Virus record (IMG/VR): IMGVR_UViG_3300021961_006887
Location: 1-44,119 of that record
DNA: 44,119 nt
Source: a virus
Lineage: Duplodnaviria; Caudoviricetes
Reading direction: 5' to 3' (one strand)
Shown here: piece after piece, positions 1 through 9,400 of the stretch
Layout of the letters: each line of letters begins with the position of its first letter
Numbering within the stretch: position 1 is the stretch's first letter
Notes under the pieces: model-generated
Told to the model about the DNA's origin: nothing
Seen by the model: only the letters and a program-made list of their open reading frames with translations
Database searches by the model: none
Made by a program: the position numbers and the translations under genes

Positions 1-8
1 TCGGCATT

Positions 9-998
9 ATGATTGTCGGTGGTCTAGTAAAACAATATGGAGTGCTAAACGAAGTATTCGTAGCACTCCGCAAAACATTCAAGTCAAATAGACTTGTCGT
101 TGCTGCTACTGCTCTTGCTGGTGGTGTTCTACCCATTGAAGGGCGAGTTGTTATGTCAGCTCCCCTTCTGGATTCCATCTCATCAGACAAGGCACAATCA
201 CGATCCAAGTTTGGCATCGTAGATTATCTTTCAACCCACCACTATTACTGGTGGTCGCCACTTGAGAAGACAGTTGTTCTTCCGATGGCAGCTCTGGGTC
301 TTTCTTATACTCAGTTCATGGGTTATGCTATTGTTCCGCTGCTAATTACACTAGCATTTGCTGGTGTGTTTATCTTCAAATACGTCAAGGAAACTGACGT
401 TGAGATCGTAGATGACAACCGAGTGGGTCAGTTTAGTTGGAACAAACTTGTAAAAGGTTGGGGTCCTATTGCTGCCACCATGGTATTCCTTGTGAATTAT
501 GGTGATCCTGATATGCCCTATCTGTTCTCAGTTTGGTTCCTTGGACTTGCTGCTTACTACTCATTCATCTGTAATGACTGGAAGTGGGGTCGTTATATCA
601 ACTGGAAATTCACTGGATTTGCTGCATTAGTTCTTGCTCTTGCTGCTGTCTTTAGTGAAATCAAGGGTCCTGTGATGGAGTATCTCAAGATCACTTCTGC
701 TGCTGGTCCTGCTGCTCTCTTTACAGTTTCTGTTGTTGGTTTCCTGGCTGCCTTTGCCATGGGTTCCTCTGGTAAGTATGCTGGTATCGTTGCTCTGCTC
801 GCCAAAGCATTTGGTCCCCAATACTTGACATGGTTTATGTGTGTGGAGTATAGTGGTTACATCCTCTCCCCCATGCACAAGTGCCTGCTGATCGGTCAGC
901 AATACTTCGGCACTCCTATCAAGACATATTACAAGGTGCTTGGCGCTTTGATCGTTTGTCTGCTAGGATATGGGGGTCTCACACTCCTTGGTACATGA
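9..998 (+). CDS. Multi-pass membrane protein, DUF401-like putative permease (probably 5'-truncated by the window)
   Basis: About 9-10 hydrophobic segments. Motifs GGVLPIEGRVVMSAP and ILSPMHKCL resemble DUF401 signatures. The frame is open back to the window start. Confidence 0.6.
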   Translation: MIVGGLVKQYGVLNEVFVALRKTFKSNRLVVAATALAGGVLPIEGRVVMSAPLLDSISSDKAQSRSKFGIVDYLSTHHYYWWSPLEKTVVLPMAALGLSYTQFMGYAIVPLLITLAFAGVFIFKYVKETDVEIVDDNRVGQFSWNKLVKGWGPIAATMVFLVNYGDPDMPYLFSVWFLGLAAYYSFICNDWKWGRYINWKFTGFAALVLALAAVFSEIKGPVMEYLKITSAAGPAALFTVSVVGFLAAFAMGSSGKYAGIVALLAKAFGPQYLTWFMCVEYSGYILSPMHKCLLIGQQYFGTPIKTYYKVLGALIVCLLGYGGLTLLGT

Positions 999-1234
999 TC
1001 AAACCCACAGTCATCCTTGAACGCTCCCCGTACCGCTACGTTCAGTGCGGTACGCTGGAGATCAACGGGAAACCTGACTATCGCATTCAAAAGTTCAACG
1101 AATGGACCAAGCGTTATCAAGATATGTACTACCTTGATAACCAAATGCAACTTGACACTTGCCTTGAGGATCCTGAATATACCAAATGGTTAGATCCAGA
1201 CCCCGAGGTAGGTGCTTATCGTAAATTTGACTGA
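995..1234 (+). CDS. Hypothetical cyanophage protein (79 aa, MIKPTVILERSPYRY...)
   Basis: ATGA overlap with the upstream stop at 995-998; this start is preferred over 881. Confidence 0.7.
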   Translation: MIKPTVILERSPYRYVQCGTLEINGKPDYRIQKFNEWTKRYQDMYYLDNQMQLDTCLEDPEYTKWLDPDPEVGAYRKFD

Positions 1235-1241
1235 GGTTACT

Positions 1242-1526
1242 ATGAGCGTACAATCACATCTAGAAACTGCTGAAGAGGCAGTCCGTCAAGCACTGATCAA
1301 TGCTCTTGCTGAGGGTGATGATCACTGGCTTTCTGAATTGTTTGACCTTCTGAAACAAACAAGTGGTCTGAAAAAGAAAATGTCTAATCTTATTCGCAAC
1401 ACTGATAACACAATTGATTGGGCGAAAAAGTATTCCGAGTACAATTTCAACCTTTCATCGGACTATCTAAATAGTCCAGACGTGATTAGATTCCCAACGG
1501 ATAAAGTTGATCTCGGACTTGATTGA
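1242..1526 (+). CDS. Hypothetical protein (MSVQSHLETAEE...)
   Basis: GAGG SD upstream of ATG 1242. Confidence 0.65.
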   Translation: MSVQSHLETAEEAVRQALINALAEGDDHWLSELFDLLKQTSGLKKKMSNLIRNTDNTIDWAKKYSEYNFNLSSDYLNSPDVIRFPTDKVDLGLD

Positions 1527-1534
1527 AAACAGTG

Positions 1535-1785
1535 CCCTGGTGGAGTCAATGACCCACGCCTCGGGATGGCGATAAAAGCGCCCTGGTCGGGATGGTCTTA
1601 TGACCCCTGGAGTTTCCAGTTTCTCTAAAGAACTGGTGGTGCGGATGGGACTCTCTCCCGCCTGGTTTATATGTTCCAGTCAAAAATATATTGGTGGTAA
1701 ATCCCCTTCCGTGTGGTTGATTTCCTATTTTGCATCTGAACTAAAATAGGTGGCGAGCCTAGCATGGGAGGATTGACCCCCTCCC
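1535..1785 (+). ncRNA. Structured cyanophage ncRNA of wcaG/manA type
   Basis: GC-rich non-coding stretch with repeated UGGYG motifs, tandem H-type pseudoknot modules and a closing hairpin GGGAGG/CCTCCC (1766-1785). The exact Rfam family cannot be resolved by eye. Confidence 0.7.
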
Positions 1786-1790
1786 GCCCT

Positions 1791-1861
1791 GCGGACATGG
1801 TGTAGCGGTAACACGTCATCCTTCCAAGTTGAAATCACGGGTTCGATCCCCGTTGTCCGCT
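1791..1861 (+). tRNA. tRNA-Gly (anticodon TCC)
   Basis: Acceptor GCGGACA/TGTCCGC, D arm GTGT/ACAC, anticodon loop CT-TCC-AA, T arm ACGGG-TTCGATC-CCCGT, discriminator U. CCA is not encoded. Confidence 0.95.
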
Positions 1862-1864
1862 TTT

Positions 1865-1872
1865 TATAAATA
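1865..1872 (+). promoter_or_regulatory. T4-type late promoter TATAAATA
   Basis: Exact gp55 consensus upstream of the fibre gene. Similar (N)ATAAATA/CTAAATA sites at 3812, 6391, 12529, 15869, 20293, 20621, 23298, 23697, 27556, 32669, 33520, 34322 and 38941. Confidence 0.8.
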
Positions 1873-1908
1873 CTTCTAGCTCGGGAAACTGTCTTCAGGA
1901 CTGGAAGT

Positions 1909-3810
1909 ATGTCAAAAATTCTTGCGAATCAGATCGCTAATTATTCAGATGATTCTCCTATTGAGATAAAGGAAGGTCTGAATATTCCAGCTGGAAAACC
2001 GCTTCAAGCAGCAGGAGACTCTGGCACTAACGGACAAGTTCTGTCATCAACTGGTTCTACAGTTGAATGGACGACACCGTTTGATGGTAACTATAATTCT
2101 CTAACAAACAGACCAACAATTCCAGCAGCACAAGTCAGAGCAGACTGGAATGCTGTTGGATCAGTTGCCGAGATCTTAAATAAACCTACTATCCCAGCAC
2201 AACCAAGTGTTGTTATTAATCCGTCACCATCAGGTTCTGGAAACCTTTCATACAGTTCTGGTAACGGACAATTTACATTTACTCAACCAGATCTTTCTGC
2301 GTATCTAACATCATTCACAGAAATTGATCCAGTATTCTCTGCATCACCAGCTAGTGATATTCTTTTATCTGATATTACTAACTGGGATACGGCATACGGA
2401 TGGGGTAACCATGCTTCTGCTGGTTATGTTACTGGTCTTGACATGGAAGATCTTGGTAACGTTGATATTTCTGGTGGTCTTTCGGACCAGCAAGTTCTCA
2501 AGTGGAATGCTACTAACAGTGCTTGGGAACCAGCAAATGATTTGGTTGGTGGCGCTCAGGGAATTCAATTTGTTGATCTTTCTGTTACTACAGCACCAGC
2601 TGGAACAGCAGCACTGTCATACAACAATACAAACGGTGTCTTTACCTTCACACCACCCAATCTCTCTGGGTATCTAACGTCATTTACTGAGACTGATCCT
2701 GTATTTGCTGCCTCTCCTGCTGCTAATGTAACTCTATCTAAAATTAATCAGTGGGATACTGCATATAGTTGGGGTAACCATGCTAATGGGGGTTACTTAA
2801 CAGCAGAATCCGATACTCTTGCTACTGTAACTGCTAGAGGTGCTACTACAACTAGTGCTATTTCTGTTGGTAGAGTTGATCTTGGAGATGCTGTTGGTAA
2901 TTTAACAACAGGTTCTGGATATTTGAAGCTCGGTGCTAGTGATGATTTTTACTTGTGGCATTATTCTCAGCAAAATAGAAATCAAATTACCAATCAGTGT
3001 CCTATTGATATTCAGTCTAGCGAAATCAATCTTACTAACGGATCTACTTCATTCTTTGTTGGCACTAATTCATATAGTTTGATTAGACACGCAGAAGATA
3101 CTAATTCTGCAAGTAATAGAAGACTTATTACAGAGGGTTCTGGTACACAACTTGTAAAAGATCTTCGCATAACAGATTCTGCTGATGCTAATAAATTTAA
3201 ATTTACTACAGGTGAAAGTCCAGAACTAGACATCTTTATTAATGGTACTGGAACAGAAACTCTTAAGATATTTGGCGGTAGTAAAGAAGCATATATCAGA
3301 AATATTGGTGGAACTGGATCTGGTGGTGGGATTAATATTGAAGGACGTAGTGGAGTTGCACTGTATTCTAATAGTCATCTTTGTGTTTGGGCAAAATCTA
3401 CTGGAGAGGGTGTTCTTTTATATCAAACAGCAGAAAAACTAACGACAACTAACACTGGTGTAACTGTTACTGGGGATCTAAACTTCACTGGAAATCTTCT
3501 CAAGAATGGATCTTCATTTTCTTCTGTAGCAAAAGCAACTATTTCTGACACTGCTCCTGGATCTCCTAGTGTTGGTGATCTCTGGTGGGAATCTGATAAG
3601 GGACGCCTCAAGATCTACTACAATGATACTGACAGCTCGCAGTGGGTTGATGCTTCACCACCACTTCAGCAAGATAAAATTGCTACATCTGCTGCTCCCG
3701 CTACCGCATCTTCAACTGGAACTGCTGGCGAGATTAGATATGATAGTGGATATGTTTATATCTGTGTTGCTACCAATACTTGGAAGAGAGCAGCACTAAC
3801 AACTTGGTAA
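1909..3810 (+). CDS. Tail fibre-like virion structural protein
   Basis: Gly/Ser/Thr-rich with internal ETDPVF...WDTAYGWGNHA repeats. C-terminal GDLWWESDKGRLKIYY and GEIRYDSGYVYICVATNTWKR fibre motifs. Late promoter upstream. Confidence 0.75.
   Translation: MSKILANQIANYSDDSPIEIKEGLNIPAGKPLQAAGDSGTNGQVLSSTGSTVEWTTPFDGNYNSLTNRPTIPAAQVRADWNAVGSVAEILNKPTIPAQPSVVINPSPSGSGNLSYSSGNGQFTFTQPDLSAYLTSFTEIDPVFSASPASDILLSDITNWDTAYGWGNHASAGYVTGLDMEDLGNVDISGGLSDQQVLKWNATNSAWEPANDLVGGAQGIQFVDLSVTTAPAGTAALSYNNTNGVFTFTPPNLSGYLTSFTETDPVFAASPAANVTLSKINQWDTAYSWGNHANGGYLTAESDTLATVTARGATTTSAISVGRVDLGDAVGNLTTGSGYLKLGASDDFYLWHYSQQNRNQITNQCPIDIQSSEINLTNGSTSFFVGTNSYSLIRHAEDTNSASNRRLITEGSGTQLVKDLRITDSADANKFKFTTGESPELDIFINGTGTETLKIFGGSKEAYIRNIGGTGSGGGINIEGRSGVALYSNSHLCVWAKSTGEGVLLYQTAEKLTTTNTGVTVTGDLNFTGNLLKNGSSFSSVAKATISDTAPGSPSVGDLWWESDKGRLKIYYNDTDSSQWVDASPPLQQDKIATSAAPATASSTGTAGEIRYDSGYVYICVATNTWKRAALTTW
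2239..2796 (+). repeat. Two imperfect ~190 bp coding repeats (2239-2427, 2611-2796); a third, interrupted copy lies at ~4017-4325
   Basis: Encoded unit LSY..G.FTFT.P.LS.YLTSFTE.DPVF.AS.A...WDTAY.WGNHA..GY. Confidence 0.85.
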
Positions 3811-3842
3811 AAATAAATAAGACGGAAGGAGCATACTAAGAA

Positions 3843-4709
3843 ATGGCAATCAATTTTCCCTCAACAGTAGGGCAGGCAACTGACGGAACTTTTACTTATA
3901 CTGCAGCAGGTATAACGTATTCCTGGAATGGGGAAAGTTGGACTGCTGCTGGTAGTGGTGCTACTGCTACAGATAGAACAGTTTTTAGTGCAACAAATGC
4001 TACTGCTTCTGGAGGAGGATCTCTAGCATACAATAGTAATACTGGTGTATTTACATTTACTCCTCCAAACCTTAGTGGTTATCTAACATCTGTTGGAGTT
4101 ATTAATAACCATACGGATGTTAATATTACTAATGTTGCTAACGGACAATTACTTAAGTATGATTCGTTCTCTGGAGATTGGATTAATTTTACTCCAAACT
4201 ATCTGACATCTTATACCGAGACAGATCCTGTATTTTCTGCATCCGCAGCTGCTAATGTTACCACACAAAAAATTACCAACTGGGATACGGCATACGGTTG
4301 GGGCAATCATGCTTCTGCTGGATATCTAACTGCACTTCCATCAAGAACTACAGCACAAACTACTACAGTTCCTGTTGTTAGCAATGGATCTGTTGATATT
4401 TCTATCACAACTCCTGCTACATATGCACTGCTGAAGATTCAAACTTCACATGCCGCATGGGTGACACTCTATACAGATACAACCAGTAGATCAAATGATT
4501 CCAGCAGAACAGAAACGACTGATCCTACTCCTGGTTCTGGTGTTATTGCTGAAGTCATTACTTCTGGTAATGCAACTCAGTTAATTTCTCCTGGAACAAT
4601 TGGATTTAACTCTGCTGGTACGGGAACAACATATGCTAAGGTTGTAAATAAGAGTGGTGCCACGGCTAGTATTACAGTAACTCTACACTACGTTAAACTA
4701 GAGGGTTGA
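3843..4709 (+). CDS. Fibre-associated virion structural protein
   Basis: N-terminal MAINFP...YSWNGESW module; shares repeat modules with the upstream gene; late promoter at 3812 and AGGAG SD. Confidence 0.7.
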   Translation: MAINFPSTVGQATDGTFTYTAAGITYSWNGESWTAAGSGATATDRTVFSATNATASGGGSLAYNSNTGVFTFTPPNLSGYLTSVGVINNHTDVNITNVANGQLLKYDSFSGDWINFTPNYLTSYTETDPVFSASAAANVTTQKITNWDTAYGWGNHASAGYLTALPSRTTAQTTTVPVVSNGSVDISITTPATYALLKIQTSHAAWVTLYTDTTSRSNDSSRTETTDPTPGSGVIAEVITSGNATQLISPGTIGFNSAGTGTTYAKVVNKSGATASITVTLHYVKLEG

Positions 4710-4710
4710 T

Positions 4711-6387
4711 ATGGATAAGGAATACGTTGTAACGCTTTACAGGAAAGAAGACCTGGAGCAGTTTTACAATGAGATGCAACTTACCAATTTTCCTTTGGTG
4801 TTAAAGCGTCCTCTTAGTAGGAACACTCACTACATGATGACTGAGGAACAGGCAGAACAACTTCGCCAAGATCCTAGAGTCTGGGGTGTAGAAGCAGTTG
4901 ATAGTTTTAAAATCAGACCTCAAGTAATCAACAATGAACCTTATGTGAAGGCTGGTAACTTTTGGAAAGATGACACAGTAGCACCAGCAACTGTAAGTCC
5001 AAATGATTTTCAGTGGGGACACTTACATGTTGCTGGAAGCGCAGCTCAAAGAGGAAAGAATCTTTTCGGACCAATCGGTTCTGGGTGGACATACGAACAA
5101 GTCACTGAGAGTGTAGAAGTATTCAACAGTGGAAGACACGTTGATGTGGTTATTGTGGATGATCCTGTATCATATGATAGTCAGGAATGGTATAGCCCAA
5201 CAACTAATCAGACAAGGTTCGTTCAGTACCAATGGTTCAATGAACTGAATACTATTGTGAATGGTATTGATGACGACGCACAAACAGAACCAACTGGAGC
5301 AATTACATATGGAACTAATGCTGCCTCGGCATCTTATCATGGTATTCATGTAACTGGAACTGTTGCTGGTAAGCATTATGGGTGGGCGAGAGAAGCAAAC
5401 ATCTATAATCTAGCAGTGACAGGTGCTTGGCCTTCGGGACAACAAGTTGGTGCTCTACTTATCTTTGATTACCTCAGAGCATTCCATCTTAATAAACCAA
5501 TCAATCCAGAGACTGGAAAGAGAAATCCTACTATTACCAATCATAGTTATGGTGGAATTATTGGAATGCCAAATGATAATCTTGTATTTACTGATCTAAC
5601 ATCTGTATATTATCAGGGTGTGACATATAGTGCTGGTAATCCTGGTCCATCTGGATGGACGCAAGCAGGAGTTGAGGCAGATTTTGGAGTTAGGTTTGGA
5701 GTAGATGTGTATCCATCATGGAATTCTGCAGTTGCCGCTGACGTTCAAGACGCAATTGATGATGGGGTGGTTGTAATTGGTGCTGCTGGAAACGACAACT
5801 TACTGATAGCAGAGGTTGGAGATGCAAACTACAATAATTATCTAACAGTTTCTGGTGTTGGAAGTTTCTATTACAACAGAGGAGGTTGGCCTAACACTCC
5901 TGATAGTGGTGCTATTAATGTTGGTGCTCTTAGTAAGCAAGGAGATTTCAGAAGATCAACCTATACGCAATTTGGTCCTGCTATTGATGTCTTTGCACCT
6001 GGAGATAACATCCTATCCGCCTTTGGCAACACGGGATTGAATGATACTAAAGTTGGTTATGGTGCTGGTAATTATTTCTATCCTATCAATGGAACTAGCA
6101 TGGCATCTCCTCAGGTATGTGGAGTGATTGCTTGCTTGGCTTCTGGCAAAGAAAGATTTACGCAAGCAGATGCTCTTGGATATTTGAATACTCATAGCAT
6201 CTATAATAATATGGCATTCAATAATTCTGGTGGATCATACACTGATCCTACATGCCAGAAAGGAAGTCCAAATAAGTATTTGCACATTGAGAATCCAAGA
6301 CGTTCAACTGGATACACTGGAGAGGTAGTTGGTAAGAGAACTAATGGCATGACATTCCCTAGACCTAGAATGTATCATCAATCGTAG
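4711..6387 (+). CDS. Subtilisin-like serine protease (peptidase S8) with N-terminal I9-like prodomain
   Basis: Catalytic motifs VVIVDD, YHGIHVTGTVAG and GTSMASP; oxyanion motif AAGND; DVFAPG. Prodomain-like EYVVTL...QLRQDPRVWGVE. Confidence 0.9.
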   Translation: MDKEYVVTLYRKEDLEQFYNEMQLTNFPLVLKRPLSRNTHYMMTEEQAEQLRQDPRVWGVEAVDSFKIRPQVINNEPYVKAGNFWKDDTVAPATVSPNDFQWGHLHVAGSAAQRGKNLFGPIGSGWTYEQVTESVEVFNSGRHVDVVIVDDPVSYDSQEWYSPTTNQTRFVQYQWFNELNTIVNGIDDDAQTEPTGAITYGTNAASASYHGIHVTGTVAGKHYGWAREANIYNLAVTGAWPSGQQVGALLIFDYLRAFHLNKPINPETGKRNPTITNHSYGGIIGMPNDNLVFTDLTSVYYQGVTYSAGNPGPSGWTQAGVEADFGVRFGVDVYPSWNSAVAADVQDAIDDGVVVIGAAGNDNLLIAEVGDANYNNYLTVSGVGSFYYNRGGWPNTPDSGAINVGALSKQGDFRRSTYTQFGPAIDVFAPGDNILSAFGNTGLNDTKVGYGAGNYFYPINGTSMASPQVCGVIACLASGKERFTQADALGYLNTHSIYNNMAFNNSGGSYTDPTCQKGSPNKYLHIENPRRSTGYTGEVVGKRTNGMTFPRPRMYHQS

Positions 6388-6433
6388 GGGCATAAATAAA
6401 CCAGAGCACTAGTATCCATCTTTGGTAAGATAA

Positions 6434-9400
6434 ATGGCTGATCGTTTTCCACTTATTGTTAATGCGATTTCAAAGAAGATTGAAGAAATTGTAGCAGGTG
6501 ACAATTTGGAATTGACTGGTAACGGTATTGTTATCAGTGGAGATACTGGAACAGGAAAATATTTAACAAGCGATGGCAACACAGTTTTTTGGGATTCTCC
6601 TGGTGATGTTTATTTAAATCTGACACAAACACTCACTAACAAGACTTTTCAATCCTGCAATATTTCGGGATCTGTAAATACTATAACTAATATTCCAAAC
6701 AGTTCTCTTGTAAATCCTGGCATTACTATAAATGGTGCTCTGATTGCTCTTGGTGGATCAGTAATAACTCCAAACGATAATACAACATATTCTGTTTCCG
6801 CAGTTGATGGACTAACATCAGCACAAAAACTTATTAGACTAACTAGCAGCACTAATGTAACAGATGATGTAGCTATTGCAGTTGGATCTCCAGCATCTGT
6901 CCCTGCTGGATCAAATGCTCTTTCTCTTGCTATTGCTAGAACTGGAGATACTATTACTTTATCTGGAACTGTTGTAGATAACAACACAATTACCACACTT
7001 CAATCAGGGACTGGTGGATCTCCAGTTACTGGAGCAGTAACTATTGCTGCAGGAAACTTCACGACAGTTTCGCAAGTTGGTAATACTATTACTATTACGG
7101 GTCAGGATACTGATACGATCACGAAGTTGAGAGCAACTACAGGACAAACTCTTGCTTCTGGAAACTTTACTTTCCTTGCGAGTGGTGCTACTTCCGTGGC
7201 GCAAGGTGTTGATGGAAATGGCGATCCTACAATTACATATAGCTCAACTAATACTGTTACTAGAGTAAAGGGTGGTGCTGCTGGATCATTCCAGTCTGGT
7301 GATATTACCATCACTGGTGGAACAAATGTAACAGTTTCTCAGGCTGGTAATACTGTTACTGTTGCATCAACTGATACAAACAGTGTTACTAAGGTAGCAG
7401 CAAACTCAGAGACACTTGCTTTCGGTGACTTTAGATTATTGGCATCTGGTGCTACAAGTATTACAACAGCAGATAATGCTGGAGTAAAAGAGATCACAAT
7501 TAGTTCTGTCAATACTGATACTGGTGCTCTTGCAACAGCATCTGGTGGTATTGTAAAATCCGCAGAGGATTTTAGACTAAAGAATAATGCAAACTTCACT
7601 GGCAATACGCTAATGAAGTGGGACAGTGGTAACTTACAACTAGCAAATAGTATTATCGCAGATAATGGTTCTACTGTTACTATTGGTGGAGACTTAGTTG
7701 TTGAAGGAACCCAGACCATTCTGAATACTACTACTCTAAAGGTAGAAGATAATATTATTGAACTCAGAAAGGGTGTTAGTATCACTGGTGCTGATGGTGG
7801 CATTCAGGTCAATCTTACAACCGATGCAAATGAGAATGTTGTAACTTACAGACAACTTCAATGGTATAATGCTGGTGGATACTGGAGATCATTTGATGGT
7901 TCTGTTGCCAACAGATTTGTAACAGAGAATGAAACTCAAGTTCTTACAAACAAGACACTCACATCACCAACTCTAACCAACCCAACTCTTGGTGCTGCCA
8001 CAGCAACAACAATCAATGGTCTTTCAATTGTTGCAACTGCATCTGGCGTTCTTGACATTGCATCAGCAAAAACTCTGAATGTTGATAGAGACCTTACACT
8101 CACATCAGATAACAACACTGGCAATATCAACATCAACTTCAGGAGTGGTGGTAACGTAGCATATAGATCTGACACTCTTGCTTCGTTCTCTTCCACAACA
8201 TCCACTCAGCTACGTGGTTTGATTTCCGATACAACTGGTCTTGATCGCCTTGTATTCCAGACAAACCCAACAATTCTTACTGGTATCTCTACAACCTCTG
8301 TTGGATTTACCCTACTCAATTCTGGTGCTACTTCTATTACAGCATTTGGTGCTGCAGCAGCGATTGATATGGGTGCTGCTGGTGGTACATTCACAATCAA
8401 TCAGAACCTAGTTGTCAAGGAAGACCTTACAGTTGGTCTTACAATTTCTGATAACTTCATTTGTAATGCTCGTCTTGATGCTCGCTTGGGTGACATTATT
8501 ATTAGAGGTGCTGCTACCAATCCCATGAGAGTTGGTCGTGGTATTGGTGAAGTCAATACCAATACAGCTCTGGGTGTAAGGGCAATCAACTCTGCATCTT
8601 CTGGTTCTCAGAACACTGCTGTTGGTTACGAAACCCTCTACACTACCAACATTGGTGCTGCTAATACTGCAGTTGGTAACAGAGCATTGAGAGCAAATGG
8701 TATTGGATCAAACAATATTGCAATCGGACGTGACGCTCTGCTAGTCAATCTCTCTGGTAATAAGAACATCGCCATTGGTAACAACGCGATGGAGAGCATG
8801 AGTACAGGTGAGGCGAACGTCTGTATCGGTCACTATGCTGGTTATGGTATCACTGGTACTGGTAATGTTCTGATCGGTCCTGCTGATGATGAGAACTCAA
8901 CTAACGCAACCTATGCTCCAGATAATGCTGGTGGAAGCAGACAGCTTGTTATCGGTTCTGGAACAGAAGCATGGATCAAAGGTGACAGTACATTCAAGGT
9001 CACTATTCCAAACAACCTGACAGTAGATGGTGATACTCTCATTCAAGGATCACTGACAGTAAATGGAACTCTTACCACAATCAACTCAAACGTTGTGGAA
9101 GTTGATGACAAAGAGATCACACTTGCTTCTGTTGCTCCTGCTACATTCCAGGCAGTCACTGTAACTAACTCAGCAACGATCACTGGTGTTACTCCTACAT
9201 CTGGATTGATTCCTGGTATGGAAGTCAATTCAGTAACTGGTGGTATCAGCGTACCAGTAGGAACTATCATCGTTTCTATCACAGGTAACACTGCTACCTT
9301 AGATAACGTTGTAACAGGTAGCGGTACTGCGACATTTACATCTCCTGGTGCATCTGATCTGTCTGCGGATCAAGGTGGTATTCGCGTCAAAGGAACTACA

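Noticed and set aside
2239-4325. Repeats as the TR/VR pair of a diversity-generating retroelement
   Set aside because: No reverse transcriptase in the window; the differences are not adenine-specific and are mostly synonymous.
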